DNA of 64,000 bases. It comes from an uncultured Chloroflexia bacterium (lineage in GTDB: Bacteria > Chloroflexota > Limnocylindria > Limnocylindrales > CSP1-4). Below the pieces are notes generated by a model that saw nothing but the letters and a program-made list of their open reading frames with translations, was not told the DNA's origin and searched no databases. This document shows positions 31,504-41,098 of the stretch, piece by piece. Location: contig CAVVYR010000007.1 in assembly GCA_963752475.1 (NCBI GenBank), positions 544,001 to 608,000 on the forward strand, read 5' to 3'. How positions within the stretch are numbered: the stretch's first letter is position 1; each line of letters opens with the position of its first letter. Made by a program: the position numbers and the translations under genes.

Positions 31504-32019
31504 GTGAGCGAGCGCACTCGGCGCGTCGACCATCTCCTGCAGGAAGAGATCAGCGCCGTCATCCAACGCGAGGTGCACGATCCCCGCGTGGGCTTCGTGA
31601 CCATCACCAGCGTGGAGACCACGCCCGATCTGCAGCACGCCATGGTCTACGCCTCGGTCATCGGCGACGAGGCGCAGCGCAAGGCCACGATGGAGGCGCT
31701 CGGGCGGGCCATGCCCTTCGTTCGCCACAGCCTGGGCAAGCTGCGCCTGAAGCGCATCCCGCAGCTCCACCTACGTGAGGACGACAGCGCCCAGCGAAGC
31801 ACGCGCGTGATGCAGCTGCTCGACCAGGTCGAGGCCGAGCTGGAGGGCACCGCCGAGCATGTTGACGAGCCGGTGGCGGAGGTGCCAGAGCTGCCCACCC
31901 CGTCGACGCTCAACGAGACCACTGACCCTGAGGCGGCCGACGAGACGCTGCCGGCCGGCTATCGCCGCCGGGTGGACCGGGTGTCTTTGCGCAAAGCCAG
32001 GAAGCGCCGTGGTCGCTGA
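31504..32019 (+). CDS. rbfA: ribosome-binding factor A with C-terminal extension
   Basis: RTRRV..L.QEEIS, DPRVGFVTITSV..TPDL, LKRIPQL. Confidence 0.93.
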   Translation: MSERTRRVDHLLQEEISAVIQREVHDPRVGFVTITSVETTPDLQHAMVYASVIGDEAQRKATMEALGRAMPFVRHSLGKLRLKRIPQLHLREDDSAQRSTRVMQLLDQVEAELEGTAEHVDEPVAEVPELPTPSTLNETTDPEAADETLPAGYRRRVDRVSLRKARKRRGR

Positions 32020-33043
32020 GGGCATGCGTTCGCTGCTGCCCGCTGATCTGGCGGCCGTGCCGGCAGTAGTGCCGAACGCAATGCTGGCGGGCACTCGCGT
32101 GCTCACGACCGGCCACGAGAACCCGGATGCGGATGCCGTCGGTTCGGCGCTGGGCATCGCGCTCGCGCTGGAGTCGCTGGGGGCTCAGGTCGAGACCGTC
32201 TTCGCCGACCCGGTGCCCGCGATGTACGACTTCATGCCCGGTATCGAGCGAGCCCGCACATCGGTCAGCGCGAGCCTGGACCCCGATCTCATCGTCGTGT
32301 GCGATGGCGACCTTTCGCGGACCGGAGCCGTGCTGCAGGAGAACGCGGAGCTCTTTGGGCGCGTGCCCATCGTGAACATCGATCACCACGTCTCCAACAG
32401 CGGCGAGCACGGCGTTGCCTGGGTCGATGCCGATGCGGCGGCAACCTGCGAGCAGGCCACGCTGCTGCTGCCGGCGCTCGGGCTCGGGTTCGACGCCGCC
32501 GGTGGCGACATCGTGCAGCTGCTGACCGCGGGCCTCGTCTTCGACACTGCCAACTTCGCCCACTCCAACACGACCCCGCGCACGCTGCGCGTGGCCTCCG
32601 AGCTGGTCGCCGCCGGGGCCGACCTGCCGATGATCGCCCGACGCATCTACCGCACCAAGCCGAACGCGCAGCTCAAGCTCTTCGGGCGCGTGCTCTCGCG
32701 CCTCGAGACCTCCGTCGATGACCGGGTGACCTGGTCGGTCGTGACGCTCGACGACTTCGCCCGAGCCGGCGCGACGCAGGAGCAAGCCGAGGGCCTCATC
32801 GACTTGCTGGGGCAGTCGGCCGGCGCGGACATGGCGATCTTGTTCAAGGATCTCGGTGATGGCGTGCGCATCTCCATCCGTACCCGTGATGGCGGTGTCG
32901 ACGCCACACGGCTCGCGGGCGCCTTCGGGGGTGGCGGGCATGCACGGGCGGCGGGCGCCAGCCATGAAGGTCCGTTGGAGGACGCCCGTGAGGCGGTCCT
33001 GGGCCTGGCGGAGCAGTTGCTCGACGAGCTTCCCGCTACCTGA
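32009..33043 (+). CDS. nrnA: DHH/DHHA1 phosphoesterase (NrnA-like oligoribonuclease/pAp phosphatase)
   Basis: HENPDADAVGS, IDHH, DTANF, GGGGHARAAG; start at 32009 or 32024. Confidence 0.88.
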   Translation: MVAEGMRSLLPADLAAVPAVVPNAMLAGTRVLTTGHENPDADAVGSALGIALALESLGAQVETVFADPVPAMYDFMPGIERARTSVSASLDPDLIVVCDGDLSRTGAVLQENAELFGRVPIVNIDHHVSNSGEHGVAWVDADAAATCEQATLLLPALGLGFDAAGGDIVQLLTAGLVFDTANFAHSNTTPRTLRVASELVAAGADLPMIARRIYRTKPNAQLKLFGRVLSRLETSVDDRVTWSVVTLDDFARAGATQEQAEGLIDLLGQSAGADMAILFKDLGDGVRISIRTRDGGVDATRLAGAFGGGGHARAAGASHEGPLEDAREAVLGLAEQLLDELPAT

Positions 33044-34017
33044 TGGGACGTCGCCGCCGCGATGACGGCCCGCGCATCGACGGCATCCTCGTCGTCTCGA
33101 AGCCGGCCGGGCCGACCTCTCACGACATCATCGACACCGTCCGTCGCCTGACCGGCGTCCGGCGCGTGGGTCACGGCGGGACGCTCGATCCGTTCGCCAT
33201 GGGTGTGCTGCCGGTGTTCATCGGCAGGGCCACACGTATGGTCGACTACCACCGCTTCGACTCCAAGGCCTACCGCGCCTCGGTCGTCTTCGGGGCCGGC
33301 TCGAGCACCGATGACATCGACGGCGAGATGACGCCGGGTGAGGCTCCCGTGCCCGACCGGGCTACGGTCGAGGATGCCCTCCCCGCCTTCCGCGGCGAGA
33401 TCGAGCAGATCCCGCCGGATCACTCGGCGGTCCACGTCGGCGGCAAACGAGCCTATGAGCTGGCACGGGGAGGGGAGAAACCCGAGCTCAAGCCTCGAAA
33501 CGTGACCATCCACTCGTTGGAGCTGACCGAATGGGACACGGCTGATGTCGATCGCCCGATGGCCGTGCTCGACGTCAACTGCAGCGCCGGCACCTATGTC
33601 CGCTCGATCGCCCGTGACCTCGGCCGGCAGCTCGGGTGCGGTGCCTATCTGGGGGCGCTCACGCGCACGGCCAGTGGTCCGTTCGAGCTGGGGTCCGCGC
33701 ACTCCCTGGAGCATGTCCGAGCCGAGCTTGCGGCCGGCAACCTTGAGTCGTTGCTGCTCTCAGCCGATGCCGGTCTCGATCACATCCCGATGGTGTGCAT
33801 CCCCGACTCCGATCGTGAGGCCATCGCCCGCGGCCAGATCATCCGCGTCCGCGGCGAGGTATCCGGTCCGGTCGACCCGGCGGTCGTCCTCGAGAGCGCC
33901 GAAGTGGTACGCGTGCTCGATGGGCGTGGATCGCTTGCAGCGATGGCCCATGTGGCCAAGGGTCGGCTATACCCTGACAAGGTCTTCATCACCCCGGAGG
34001 ACCTCAAGGAAGCATGA
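33043..34017 (+). CDS. truB: tRNA pseudouridine(55) synthase
   Basis: KPAGPTSHD, GHGGTLDP, CSAGTYVRS. Confidence 0.96.
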   Translation: MGRRRRDDGPRIDGILVVSKPAGPTSHDIIDTVRRLTGVRRVGHGGTLDPFAMGVLPVFIGRATRMVDYHRFDSKAYRASVVFGAGSSTDDIDGEMTPGEAPVPDRATVEDALPAFRGEIEQIPPDHSAVHVGGKRAYELARGGEKPELKPRNVTIHSLELTEWDTADVDRPMAVLDVNCSAGTYVRSIARDLGRQLGCGAYLGALTRTASGPFELGSAHSLEHVRAELAAGNLESLLLSADAGLDHIPMVCIPDSDREAIARGQIIRVRGEVSGPVDPAVVLESAEVVRVLDGRGSLAAMAHVAKGRLYPDKVFITPEDLKEA

Positions 34018-34967
34018 TCGACTACGTCCGTGGCATCGACCGGCTGCCCAAGGACACCCGTCTGGCGGTCACCATCGGCGTCTTCGATGGCGTGCACCGC
34101 GGCCACCAGCAGGTCTTCAAGGTGCTGGAGGAGACCGCGCGCCGCGTCGGGGCCATGCCCGTGGCCGTGACCTTCGATCCCCATCCGGATGCGGTCGTGG
34201 CCGGCCAGGCGCCGGACATGCTCATGGATCGCCGCGAACGCATCGAACGCATCAGTCGCCTCATCGGTGGCTACGTCGTATTGCAGACCTTCGACGAGGT
34301 CTTCCGGCGTACCACGGCCGAGGAGTTCGTGGAGCGCATCGGTGGCGGCCGCAACCTGGCGGCGCTGGTGATGACGCGCGTCTCGGCTTTCGGGCGGGAC
34401 CGTGCCGGCACCGTCCCGGTGTTGCGCGAGATGGCCAAGACGGCCGACTGGGAGCTCGTCGAAGCGCCGACGCTCGACTCGGGTGGAGCGCGGGTATCGA
34501 GTGCCCGTACCCGTCAGCTGGTGGCCGAGGGCCAGCTGCAGACGGCCAGAGAGCTGCTCGGGCGGCCGTTCGCGCTGGTGGGCTCGGTGGTGCACGGTGA
34601 GCAGCGTGGCCGCGAGCTGGGCTTTCCCACGGCCAACCTCGACTTCGGTCAGCCGGTGGCGCTACCGCCAGATGGCATCTATGCCGCCCGTGCATCATGG
34701 GGCGGCCCGGCCGTGCTCGATCCCTTCGACATGGCCGACGCTGTCATCTCGCTCGGTACCCAGCCGACCTTCGGTGGCCGGGTGCGGCTGATGGAGGTCC
34801 ACCTCCTCGACCGCGACGAAGATCTCTACGGTAAGCGCATGCGCGTGCAGTTCTGCACCTTCATCCGCGGCCAGCGGCGCTACGACTCGGTCGACGAGCT
34901 CATCGTGCAGATGGGCCACGACGTCGACCGCGCCCGCAAGAAGCTCGACGCCTGCGAGGCCTGCTGA
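34014..34967 (+). CDS. ribF: bifunctional riboflavin kinase/FAD synthetase
   Basis: GVFDGVHRGH, TFDPHP, GRELGFPTAN, EVHLLD. Confidence 0.96.
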   Translation: MIDYVRGIDRLPKDTRLAVTIGVFDGVHRGHQQVFKVLEETARRVGAMPVAVTFDPHPDAVVAGQAPDMLMDRRERIERISRLIGGYVVLQTFDEVFRRTTAEEFVERIGGGRNLAALVMTRVSAFGRDRAGTVPVLREMAKTADWELVEAPTLDSGGARVSSARTRQLVAEGQLQTARELLGRPFALVGSVVHGEQRGRELGFPTANLDFGQPVALPPDGIYAARASWGGPAVLDPFDMADAVISLGTQPTFGGRVRLMEVHLLDRDEDLYGKRMRVQFCTFIRGQRRYDSVDELIVQMGHDVDRARKKLDACEAC

Positions 34968-35007
34968 GCCGCTGGATCACGACCTATCCGCGAGGGGACC
35001 GGACCGG

Positions 35008-35892
35008 CTAGACGAGGCGCGCCTGCAGTACGCGACAGACGAGGCGGGCGAGTGCCGTCGCCGAGGTCCCGTCAGGGTCACGCTCGGGCTCGAACTCGGT
35101 CACGACCATGCCCTCGAGGGAACCACGAGCGGCTAGGGCGACGAAGAGGTCGCCCAACACATCCACGCCGGGTCCGCCGGCAACGGGCGCACGCACAGCC
35201 GGGATGTCGGCCGGGTTCGTGCCGTCCACGTCGTAGACGATGACGAAGCGCTCACCCTCGACGAGGCGACCCGCGACCGCCTCCAGCCCGTCTCGCGCCA
35301 GTTCGCGCGCTCGGACGATGACGTTGCCGGCCTCGATCGTGTCCTGCACATCCGCGGGCCGGGCCGAGCCGACGCCGCGCTGGCCGACGTGGACGATGCG
35401 CCGCACCCAGCTCATCTCGCTCGCCCGACGCATGGGGCTGCTATAGCCGTGTGACTCGCCACCGACCTCATCGCGGAAGTCGAGGTGGGCATCGATCTGC
35501 ACGACCGTCACCGGACCATGATCACGCCAGCCGGCCACGAACGGCTCCGCCACCGAGTCGTCCCCGCCGAGGAGCAGCGGCATCGCTCCCTGGTTCACGA
35601 CCGAACTCACCGCGGTCGTGATGCGACGGCGGTTGCCCTCGGCATCGGCGCGAACGGTGTTGATATCGCCGCCATCGCCGACCAGCCGACGCCATGAGGC
35701 AAAGGGTCCATCGATATCGAAGTCGTAGTTGCCGGTGAAGAGTGCCAGTCGCCATGTCGCCGCCCGGAGCGCAGACGGGCCTTCGCTCGCGTGAGGATGT
35801 CGGTCTGGGTAGACCGTCGCCATCGCGGCTCCCAGTACCACCGCTTCACTCGATGTGGTGGGCGCTCCGACGCCCATGAACGTCTCAGTCAT
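35008..35892 (-). CDS. arginase/ureohydrolase family protein, probable formimidoylglutamase of the hut operon
   Basis: GGDDS, QIDAHLD, YDVDG motifs; overlaps the hutI stop. Confidence 0.8.
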   Translation of the reverse strand: MTETFMGVGAPTTSSEAVVLGAAMATVYPDRHPHASEGPSALRAATWRLALFTGNYDFDIDGPFASWRRLVGDGGDINTVRADAEGNRRRITTAVSSVVNQGAMPLLLGGDDSVAEPFVAGWRDHGPVTVVQIDAHLDFRDEVGGESHGYSSPMRRASEMSWVRRIVHVGQRGVGSARPADVQDTIEAGNVIVRARELARDGLEAVAGRLVEGERFVIVYDVDGTNPADIPAVRAPVAGGPGVDVLGDLFVALAARGSLEGMVVTEFEPERDPDGTSATALARLVCRVLQARLV

Positions 35893-37066
35893 CGGTCTCC
35901 CCTCCGTACCATGTCCACAGTGGCCGAACACCTCCGAGTCGCTGGACGAACGCCCCTTCGTGCTCGGCGTCCCAGGCGACGAGGTCAGCGTACGCCCCCG
36001 GCATGAGCCGTCCGATCTCGCCGTCGAGGCCGAGGGCCCCGGCCCCGCCGGCGGTCGCGGCCCAGACCGCCTCATCGATGGTCAGTCCGAGCACCGTCCC
36101 AAGCCCTACCGCGAGCGGCATCGACGGCTCACCGAAGGTGCCCGCGTTGGCATCGCTGGCCAACGCCACCGTCGCGCCGGCGTCGACCAGCGCCCGTGCC
36201 GGAGGCAGCCCGGCGCCCAGCATCAGGGCCGGTCCCGGGAGCAGCGTGGCCACCGTCGTCGAGTCGGCCAGCACCCGCGCGTCGTCCTCGGTGATCTGCT
36301 CGAGATGGTCGACCGACAACGCGCCCAGCTCGGCACCCAGCAGTGCCGCCCCCGATCGCTGCAACTGGTCGGCATGCAGCTTGAGCGGTAGCCCGTTGGC
36401 AGCGCCGGCTTCGGCGATGGCGCGGGTCCAGCCGAGGTCGAAGATGTCCGGCTCACAGAAGACGTCGATGTGGTCGGCGGCATCGGCCATCTCCGGCAGC
36501 GTCTCGAGGATGGCCTCGTGCTGCGTCTCGGCATCGGACTCGACAGGGATGGCGTGCGCTCCGAGGTGCGTCCGCCGCACACGCATCGGCAGCCCGTCGG
36601 ACGCCACGGCGATGAGGTTGAGCAGACGCAGCTCCTGGGTGGGTTCGAGCCCGTAGCCGGACTTGACCTCGATGGTCGTGGTGCCCCGGGCGAGCGCGGA
36701 CAGCAGACGCAGCCGCGTCTCGCGCACCAGCTCCTCATCGCTGGCCTCGACCGTGGCCTCGACGGTGCGCAGGATGCCGCCGCCGGCATATCGCTGGCCA
36801 CGGGTCCGGGCCGCCGCCTCGTCGCTCCGGTCACCCGCGAAGATGAGGTGCGTGTGCGAGTCGACGAGCCCCGGCGTCACGAGCGCGGTTCCGACATCCT
36901 CGACGATGTCAGGGTCTTCCGGCGCCAGTTCCCCCGGCCTGGTCTCGAGGATCCGCTCGCCCTCGACCACGAGCACCCACGGACCGTCGATGGCACCGGT
37001 CTCGCCCGTTCGCGCGCCGTCCATCGGCAGCAGGCGGCCCCGTCCGATGATCGCGTGCCGGTTCAT
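35885..37066 (-). CDS. hutI: imidazolonepropionase
   Basis: PGLVDSHTH, GGGILRTV, EVKSGYGL, DVFCE, LHADQL, VDHLE, ASDAN. Confidence 0.95.
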   Translation of the reverse strand: MNRHAIIGRGRLLPMDGARTGETGAIDGPWVLVVEGERILETRPGELAPEDPDIVEDVGTALVTPGLVDSHTHLIFAGDRSDEAAARTRGQRYAGGGILRTVEATVEASDEELVRETRLRLLSALARGTTTIEVKSGYGLEPTQELRLLNLIAVASDGLPMRVRRTHLGAHAIPVESDAETQHEAILETLPEMADAADHIDVFCEPDIFDLGWTRAIAEAGAANGLPLKLHADQLQRSGAALLGAELGALSVDHLEQITEDDARVLADSTTVATLLPGPALMLGAGLPPARALVDAGATVALASDANAGTFGEPSMPLAVGLGTVLGLTIDEAVWAATAGGAGALGLDGEIGRLMPGAYADLVAWDAEHEGAFVQRLGGVRPLWTWYGGETDD

Positions 37067-38676
37067 CGCGGATCCGGTCCCAACCAGGAGGTGCTGACTG
37101 TGGCGGCTGCGCCGGCCAGGTCCACCAGCGCTGCCTCGTGCACGAGCCGATAGGCTGCTTCGAGGTCAGGCCCGGGCTCACGGTCCTCCTCGAGCCGGGC
37201 GATCGTCGCTCGGACCCGCGCGTGGGCTTCTGCCACGCCGACCCCGGGGGTGGTCTCCGGCTGCAAGTCGAGCCGCAGGTCGAGGCCCTGCGATGCGCAG
37301 ATGACTTCGATGGCCACGATGCGCTCCGAGTGCTCAAGCACGGCCATGGCGTTGCGTGCCGCGATGGAGCCCATCGAGACATGGTCCTCCTGGTTGGCCG
37401 AGGTGGGGATCGAGTCGGCCGAGGCGGGGTGCGCCAGCGTCTTCGATTCCGATGCCAGGGCCGCGGCGGTGTACTGCAGGATCATCAACCCGGAGTCCAA
37501 CCCCGACGAAGCACCCAGGAAGGCCGGCAGCCCGTCGTTGAGTCGCGGGTCCAGCAGCAGCGCCACGCGTCGCTCGCTGATGGCACCGATCTCCGCGATG
37601 GCCAGCTTGGCGTAATCGAGCGCGAGAGCGATGGGTTCGCCATGGAAGTTGCCACCGCTGATGACCAGGCCGCGGCCGGTGGCCAATGCGTCCTCGGGCA
37701 CGGCCCCACCCTCGGGGAAGACGAGCGGATTGTCGGTGGCCGAGTTGAGCTCGATGTCGAGGACACGACGGAGGTTGTCGAGCGCATCGCGAGCGGCGCC
37801 ATGGACCTGCGGCACGCACCGCAGGGAGTACGGATCCTGGACACGGTGGTCGTCGCCATGGTGTGCGGTCTGGATGGTCGAGTCGCGCAGGAGCCAGCGC
37901 AGCTCGGCTGCGGTCTGTACCTGGCCCGGGTGTGGGCGGGTCGACTGCAGCGCGGCCGAGTAGGCCACGTCGGTACCACGCAGCGCCTCCACCGAGATGG
38001 CGGCGGCCACGCTGGCGGTGCGCGCCAGGCGGTCGGCTCCGGCCAGCACCAGCGCGCCGATGGCGCCCATCATCTGCGTGCCGTTGAGCAGGGCCAGCCC
38101 TTCCTTGGGCTCCAGCACCAGCGGGTCGAGCCCTGCCGTCATCAGCGCCTGTCGTGCGGGCATGACAGCGCCTTCGACCTCCACCCGGCCCTGACCGATG
38201 ACCGGCAGCGCGAGATGGGCGAGGGGAGCGAGATCACCCGACGCCCCGACGCTGCCCTGCGAGGGCACGACCGGGTGGATGCGCAGTCGCAGCAGCTCCA
38301 GTAGCCGTTCGATGAGCTCGGGTCGGCAGCCGGAGTGGCCGAGGGCCAGCGTGTTGGCACGCAACAGGAGCATCGCGCGCACGACCTCGGTCGGCAGTGG
38401 TTGGCCCACGCCGGCGGCGTGGCTCAGCAGCAGCCGCTCCTGCAACTCCCGGGCGCGCTCGGGTGGCACGAAGGTCGTGGCCAGCGAGCCGAAACCGGTG
38501 GTGACGCCGTAGACGACCTCACCCGAAGCCACCAGTCGCTCGATGACCGCACGGGCCTCGGTCACTCGCCGGCGCGCGCCACCGTCGAGCACGGCATAGC
38601 GTTCTCCGCGCGCGACCGATTCGACGTCGGGGACGGACAGTTCTGCGCCGTTGAGCACGACGGGGGCAGCCGTCAT
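37063..38676 (-). CDS. hutH: histidine ammonia-lyase
   Basis: [18 protein letters not shown]-forming [32 protein letters not shown]; ATGA overlaps. Confidence 0.97.
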   Translation of the reverse strand: MTAAPVVLNGAELSVPDVESVARGERYAVLDGGARRRVTEARAVIERLVASGEVVYGVTTGFGSLATTFVPPERARELQERLLLSHAAGVGQPLPTEVVRAMLLLRANTLALGHSGCRPELIERLLELLRLRIHPVVPSQGSVGASGDLAPLAHLALPVIGQGRVEVEGAVMPARQALMTAGLDPLVLEPKEGLALLNGTQMMGAIGALVLAGADRLARTASVAAAISVEALRGTDVAYSAALQSTRPHPGQVQTAAELRWLLRDSTIQTAHHGDDHRVQDPYSLRCVPQVHGAARDALDNLRRVLDIELNSATDNPLVFPEGGAVPEDALATGRGLVISGGNFHGEPIALALDYAKLAIAEIGAISERRVALLLDPRLNDGLPAFLGASSGLDSGLMILQYTAAALASESKTLAHPASADSIPTSANQEDHVSMGSIAARNAMAVLEHSERIVAIEVICASQGLDLRLDLQPETTPGVGVAEAHARVRATIARLEEDREPGPDLEAAYRLVHEAALVDLAGAAATVSTSWLGPDPR

Positions 38677-40337
38677 CGTTCGCCCAGCATCGGGATGGCG
38701 ACGCCGCGCTCGCGTGCGACCTCGACCGCCCGTTCGTAGCCGGCGTCGACGTGACGCACGACGCCCATGCCCGGGTCCGTGGTGAGCACGCGCTCCAGCT
38801 TCCGCGCCGCCAGGTCGGTGCCGTCCGCGACGGCGACCATGCCGGCATGCTGGCTGTAGCCGATACCGACGCCGCCACCGTGGTGGATGCTGACCCAGCT
38901 GGCCCCCGCGGCGGTGTTGACGAGCGCGTTGAGCATGGGCCAATCGGCGACTGCGTCCGAGCCGTCCTTCATGGCCTCCGTCTCCCGGTTGGGCGAGGCC
39001 ACGGAGCCTGAATCGAGGTGGTCACGACCGATGACGATGGGTGCGCTCACAGCACCAGAGCCGACGAGGGCGTTGAAGACGCCCCCGGCCAGCCGTCGCT
39101 CCCCGTAGCCGAGCCAGCAGATGCGCGAAGGCAGTCCCTGGAAGGCGACATGGTCCTGGGCCTTGCGGATCCAGCGCGCGAGCGATGCGTCCTCGGGGAA
39201 GAGATCGAGGATGGCCTCGTCGGTGGTGCGGATATCGGCCGGATCTCCCGAGAGCGCGACCCAGCGGAAGGGCCCCTTGCCTTCGCAGAAGAGCGGCCGG
39301 ATGAATGCTGGCACGAAGCCGGGGAAGTCGAAGGCGTTATCGACACCACCGGACTGCGCTTGCGCCCGGATGTTGTTGCCGTAGTCGAAGGTCACCGAGC
39401 CTGCGGCCTGCAGCTCGAGCATCGCACGCACGTGCGCGGCCATCGACCCGACCGAACGACGGGTGTACTCGTCGGGGTCGGCGGCGCGGAGCTCCGCGGC
39501 AGCCTCGAGCGTCAGGCCGGCGGGCACGTAGCCGTTGAGCGCATCGTGGGCCGAGGTCTGATCGGTGACGGCATCGAAGCGCTCGCCACGTCGCACCAGC
39601 TCGGGCTCGACCTCGGCGGCGTTGCCGATGAGCCCGATCGAGAGCGGCTCGCCGGCGGCAGCCGCCGCCCGAGCCCAGCGCAGGGCTTCATCGAGATCGC
39701 CGGTCGAGCGGTCGAGGTAGCGTGTGTCGAGGCGCTTCTGGACGCGCGACCGATCGACCTCGATGCAGAGAGCCACGCCGTCGTTCATCGTCACCGACAG
39801 CGGCTGGGCGCCACCCATGCCGCCGAGGCCGGCCGTGAGCACGACGCGGCCACGCAGCGTGCCACCGAAGTGCTGGCGCGCCAGCTCGGCGAAGGTCTCG
39901 TAGGTGCCCTGAAGGATGCCCTGGCTGCCGATGTAGATCCAGGAGCCGGCGGTCATCTGGCCGTACATCATCAGGCCGGCCCGCTCGAGCTCGCGGAAGT
40001 GCTCCCACGTGGCCCACTTGCCCACGAGGTTGCTGTTGGCGATGAGCACCCGCGGGGCCCACTCGTTGGTGCGGAACACGGCCACGGGCTTGCCGGAGGC
40101 CACCAGCAGCGTCTCGTCGTCCTCGAGCCGGCGCAGTTCGCGCACGATGGCGTCGAAGGCCTCCCACGATCGAGCGGCGCGGCCGGTGCCGCCGTAGACG
40201 ACGAGGTCGTCGGGTCGCTCGGCCACCTCGGGATCGAGGTTGTTCATGAGCATGCGCAGCACCGCTTCCTGCTGCCAGCCACGGCAGCTGAGCTCCGTCC
40301 CGCGAGGGGCCCGGACCGGTCGTGCGCCGCTGCTCAT
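38673..40337 (-). CDS. hutU: urocanate hydratase
   Basis: [47 protein letters not shown]; SD AGGAGG. Confidence 0.98.
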   Translation of the reverse strand: MSSGARPVRAPRGTELSCRGWQQEAVLRMLMNNLDPEVAERPDDLVVYGGTGRAARSWEAFDAIVRELRRLEDDETLLVASGKPVAVFRTNEWAPRVLIANSNLVGKWATWEHFRELERAGLMMYGQMTAGSWIYIGSQGILQGTYETFAELARQHFGGTLRGRVVLTAGLGGMGGAQPLSVTMNDGVALCIEVDRSRVQKRLDTRYLDRSTGDLDEALRWARAAAAAGEPLSIGLIGNAAEVEPELVRRGERFDAVTDQTSAHDALNGYVPAGLTLEAAAELRAADPDEYTRRSVGSMAAHVRAMLELQAAGSVTFDYGNNIRAQAQSGGVDNAFDFPGFVPAFIRPLFCEGKGPFRWVALSGDPADIRTTDEAILDLFPEDASLARWIRKAQDHVAFQGLPSRICWLGYGERRLAGGVFNALVGSGAVSAPIVIGRDHLDSGSVASPNRETEAMKDGSDAVADWPMLNALVNTAAGASWVSIHHGGGVGIGYSQHAGMVAVADGTDLAARKLERVLTTDPGMGVVRHVDAGYERAVEVARERGVAIPMLGER

Positions 40338-40696
40338 CGTGTCGCTGCCTCCTGTCGCCGACAGCGTATCGCGTCGCTTCTCGCGGGGCTTGCCGTAGGC
40401 GAGCCCACCGGATACGGTCCGGCGCCACCCGCACCCCACGGTGACCCGCACCGCGATGTATCCAGGGAGAGCGCTCGAGCGGATCGGCTGGCAGGTGGCT
40501 GGCCGCACCATGGCTTTGCATGCTCGTCGGGAATCGGTCACAATGGTGGGCACGAACCGACGAGCGCCCGCGCATCTTCACTGACCATGCGGCGTTACGC
40601 CGGCTTCTAGTGTGGCTGTAGCACGGCCTATCCTGAGACTGTGTGCTATGCTGCCGCGCGTAACAGACAAGGTATATGGATAGGCTGGAGGACCAG

Positions 40697-40966
40697 TTGC
40701 CGCTTACGCGGGAAACGAAGGCAAGCGTCGTTGCCGACTACGCCACCAAGGAAGGTGACACCGGATCGCCGGAAGTCCAGATCGCGCTCCTGACGGAGCG
40801 GATCGGTGGGCTGACCGAGCATCTCCGACGCTACCCCAAGGATCATCACTCGCGCCGCGGCTTGCTCAAGCTCGTTGGCACGCGACGCCGCCTGCTTGCG
40901 TATCTCATGCGCAAGGACGCTGCCCGCTACCAGACCGTCATCGAACGGCTCGGCCTGCGCCGCTAA
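40697..40966 (+). CDS. rpsO: 30S ribosomal protein S15
   Basis: [28 protein letters not shown]; TTG start after GGAGG. Confidence 0.98.
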   Translation: MPLTRETKASVVADYATKEGDTGSPEVQIALLTERIGGLTEHLRRYPKDHHSRRGLLKLVGTRRRLLAYLMRKDAARYQTVIERLGLRR

Positions 40967-41098
40967 GGCGAAACGGCCCTGGCGGGCGCGGCCCGCTCGG
41001 TATCGGCACATCGCATACGCCAGAAGACCTCGTGTGAGGTCAGCGTAGACAACAACCCAACGCGCCCCGGTCCGTCGGTCGTCCCCGTTGGAGGACAG

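Noticed and set aside
40967-41098. RNase III/PNPase autoregulatory stem in the pnp leader
   Set aside because: Only short 6-bp stems (GACCTC/GAGGTC, CCAACG/CGTTGG); not enough to support the claim
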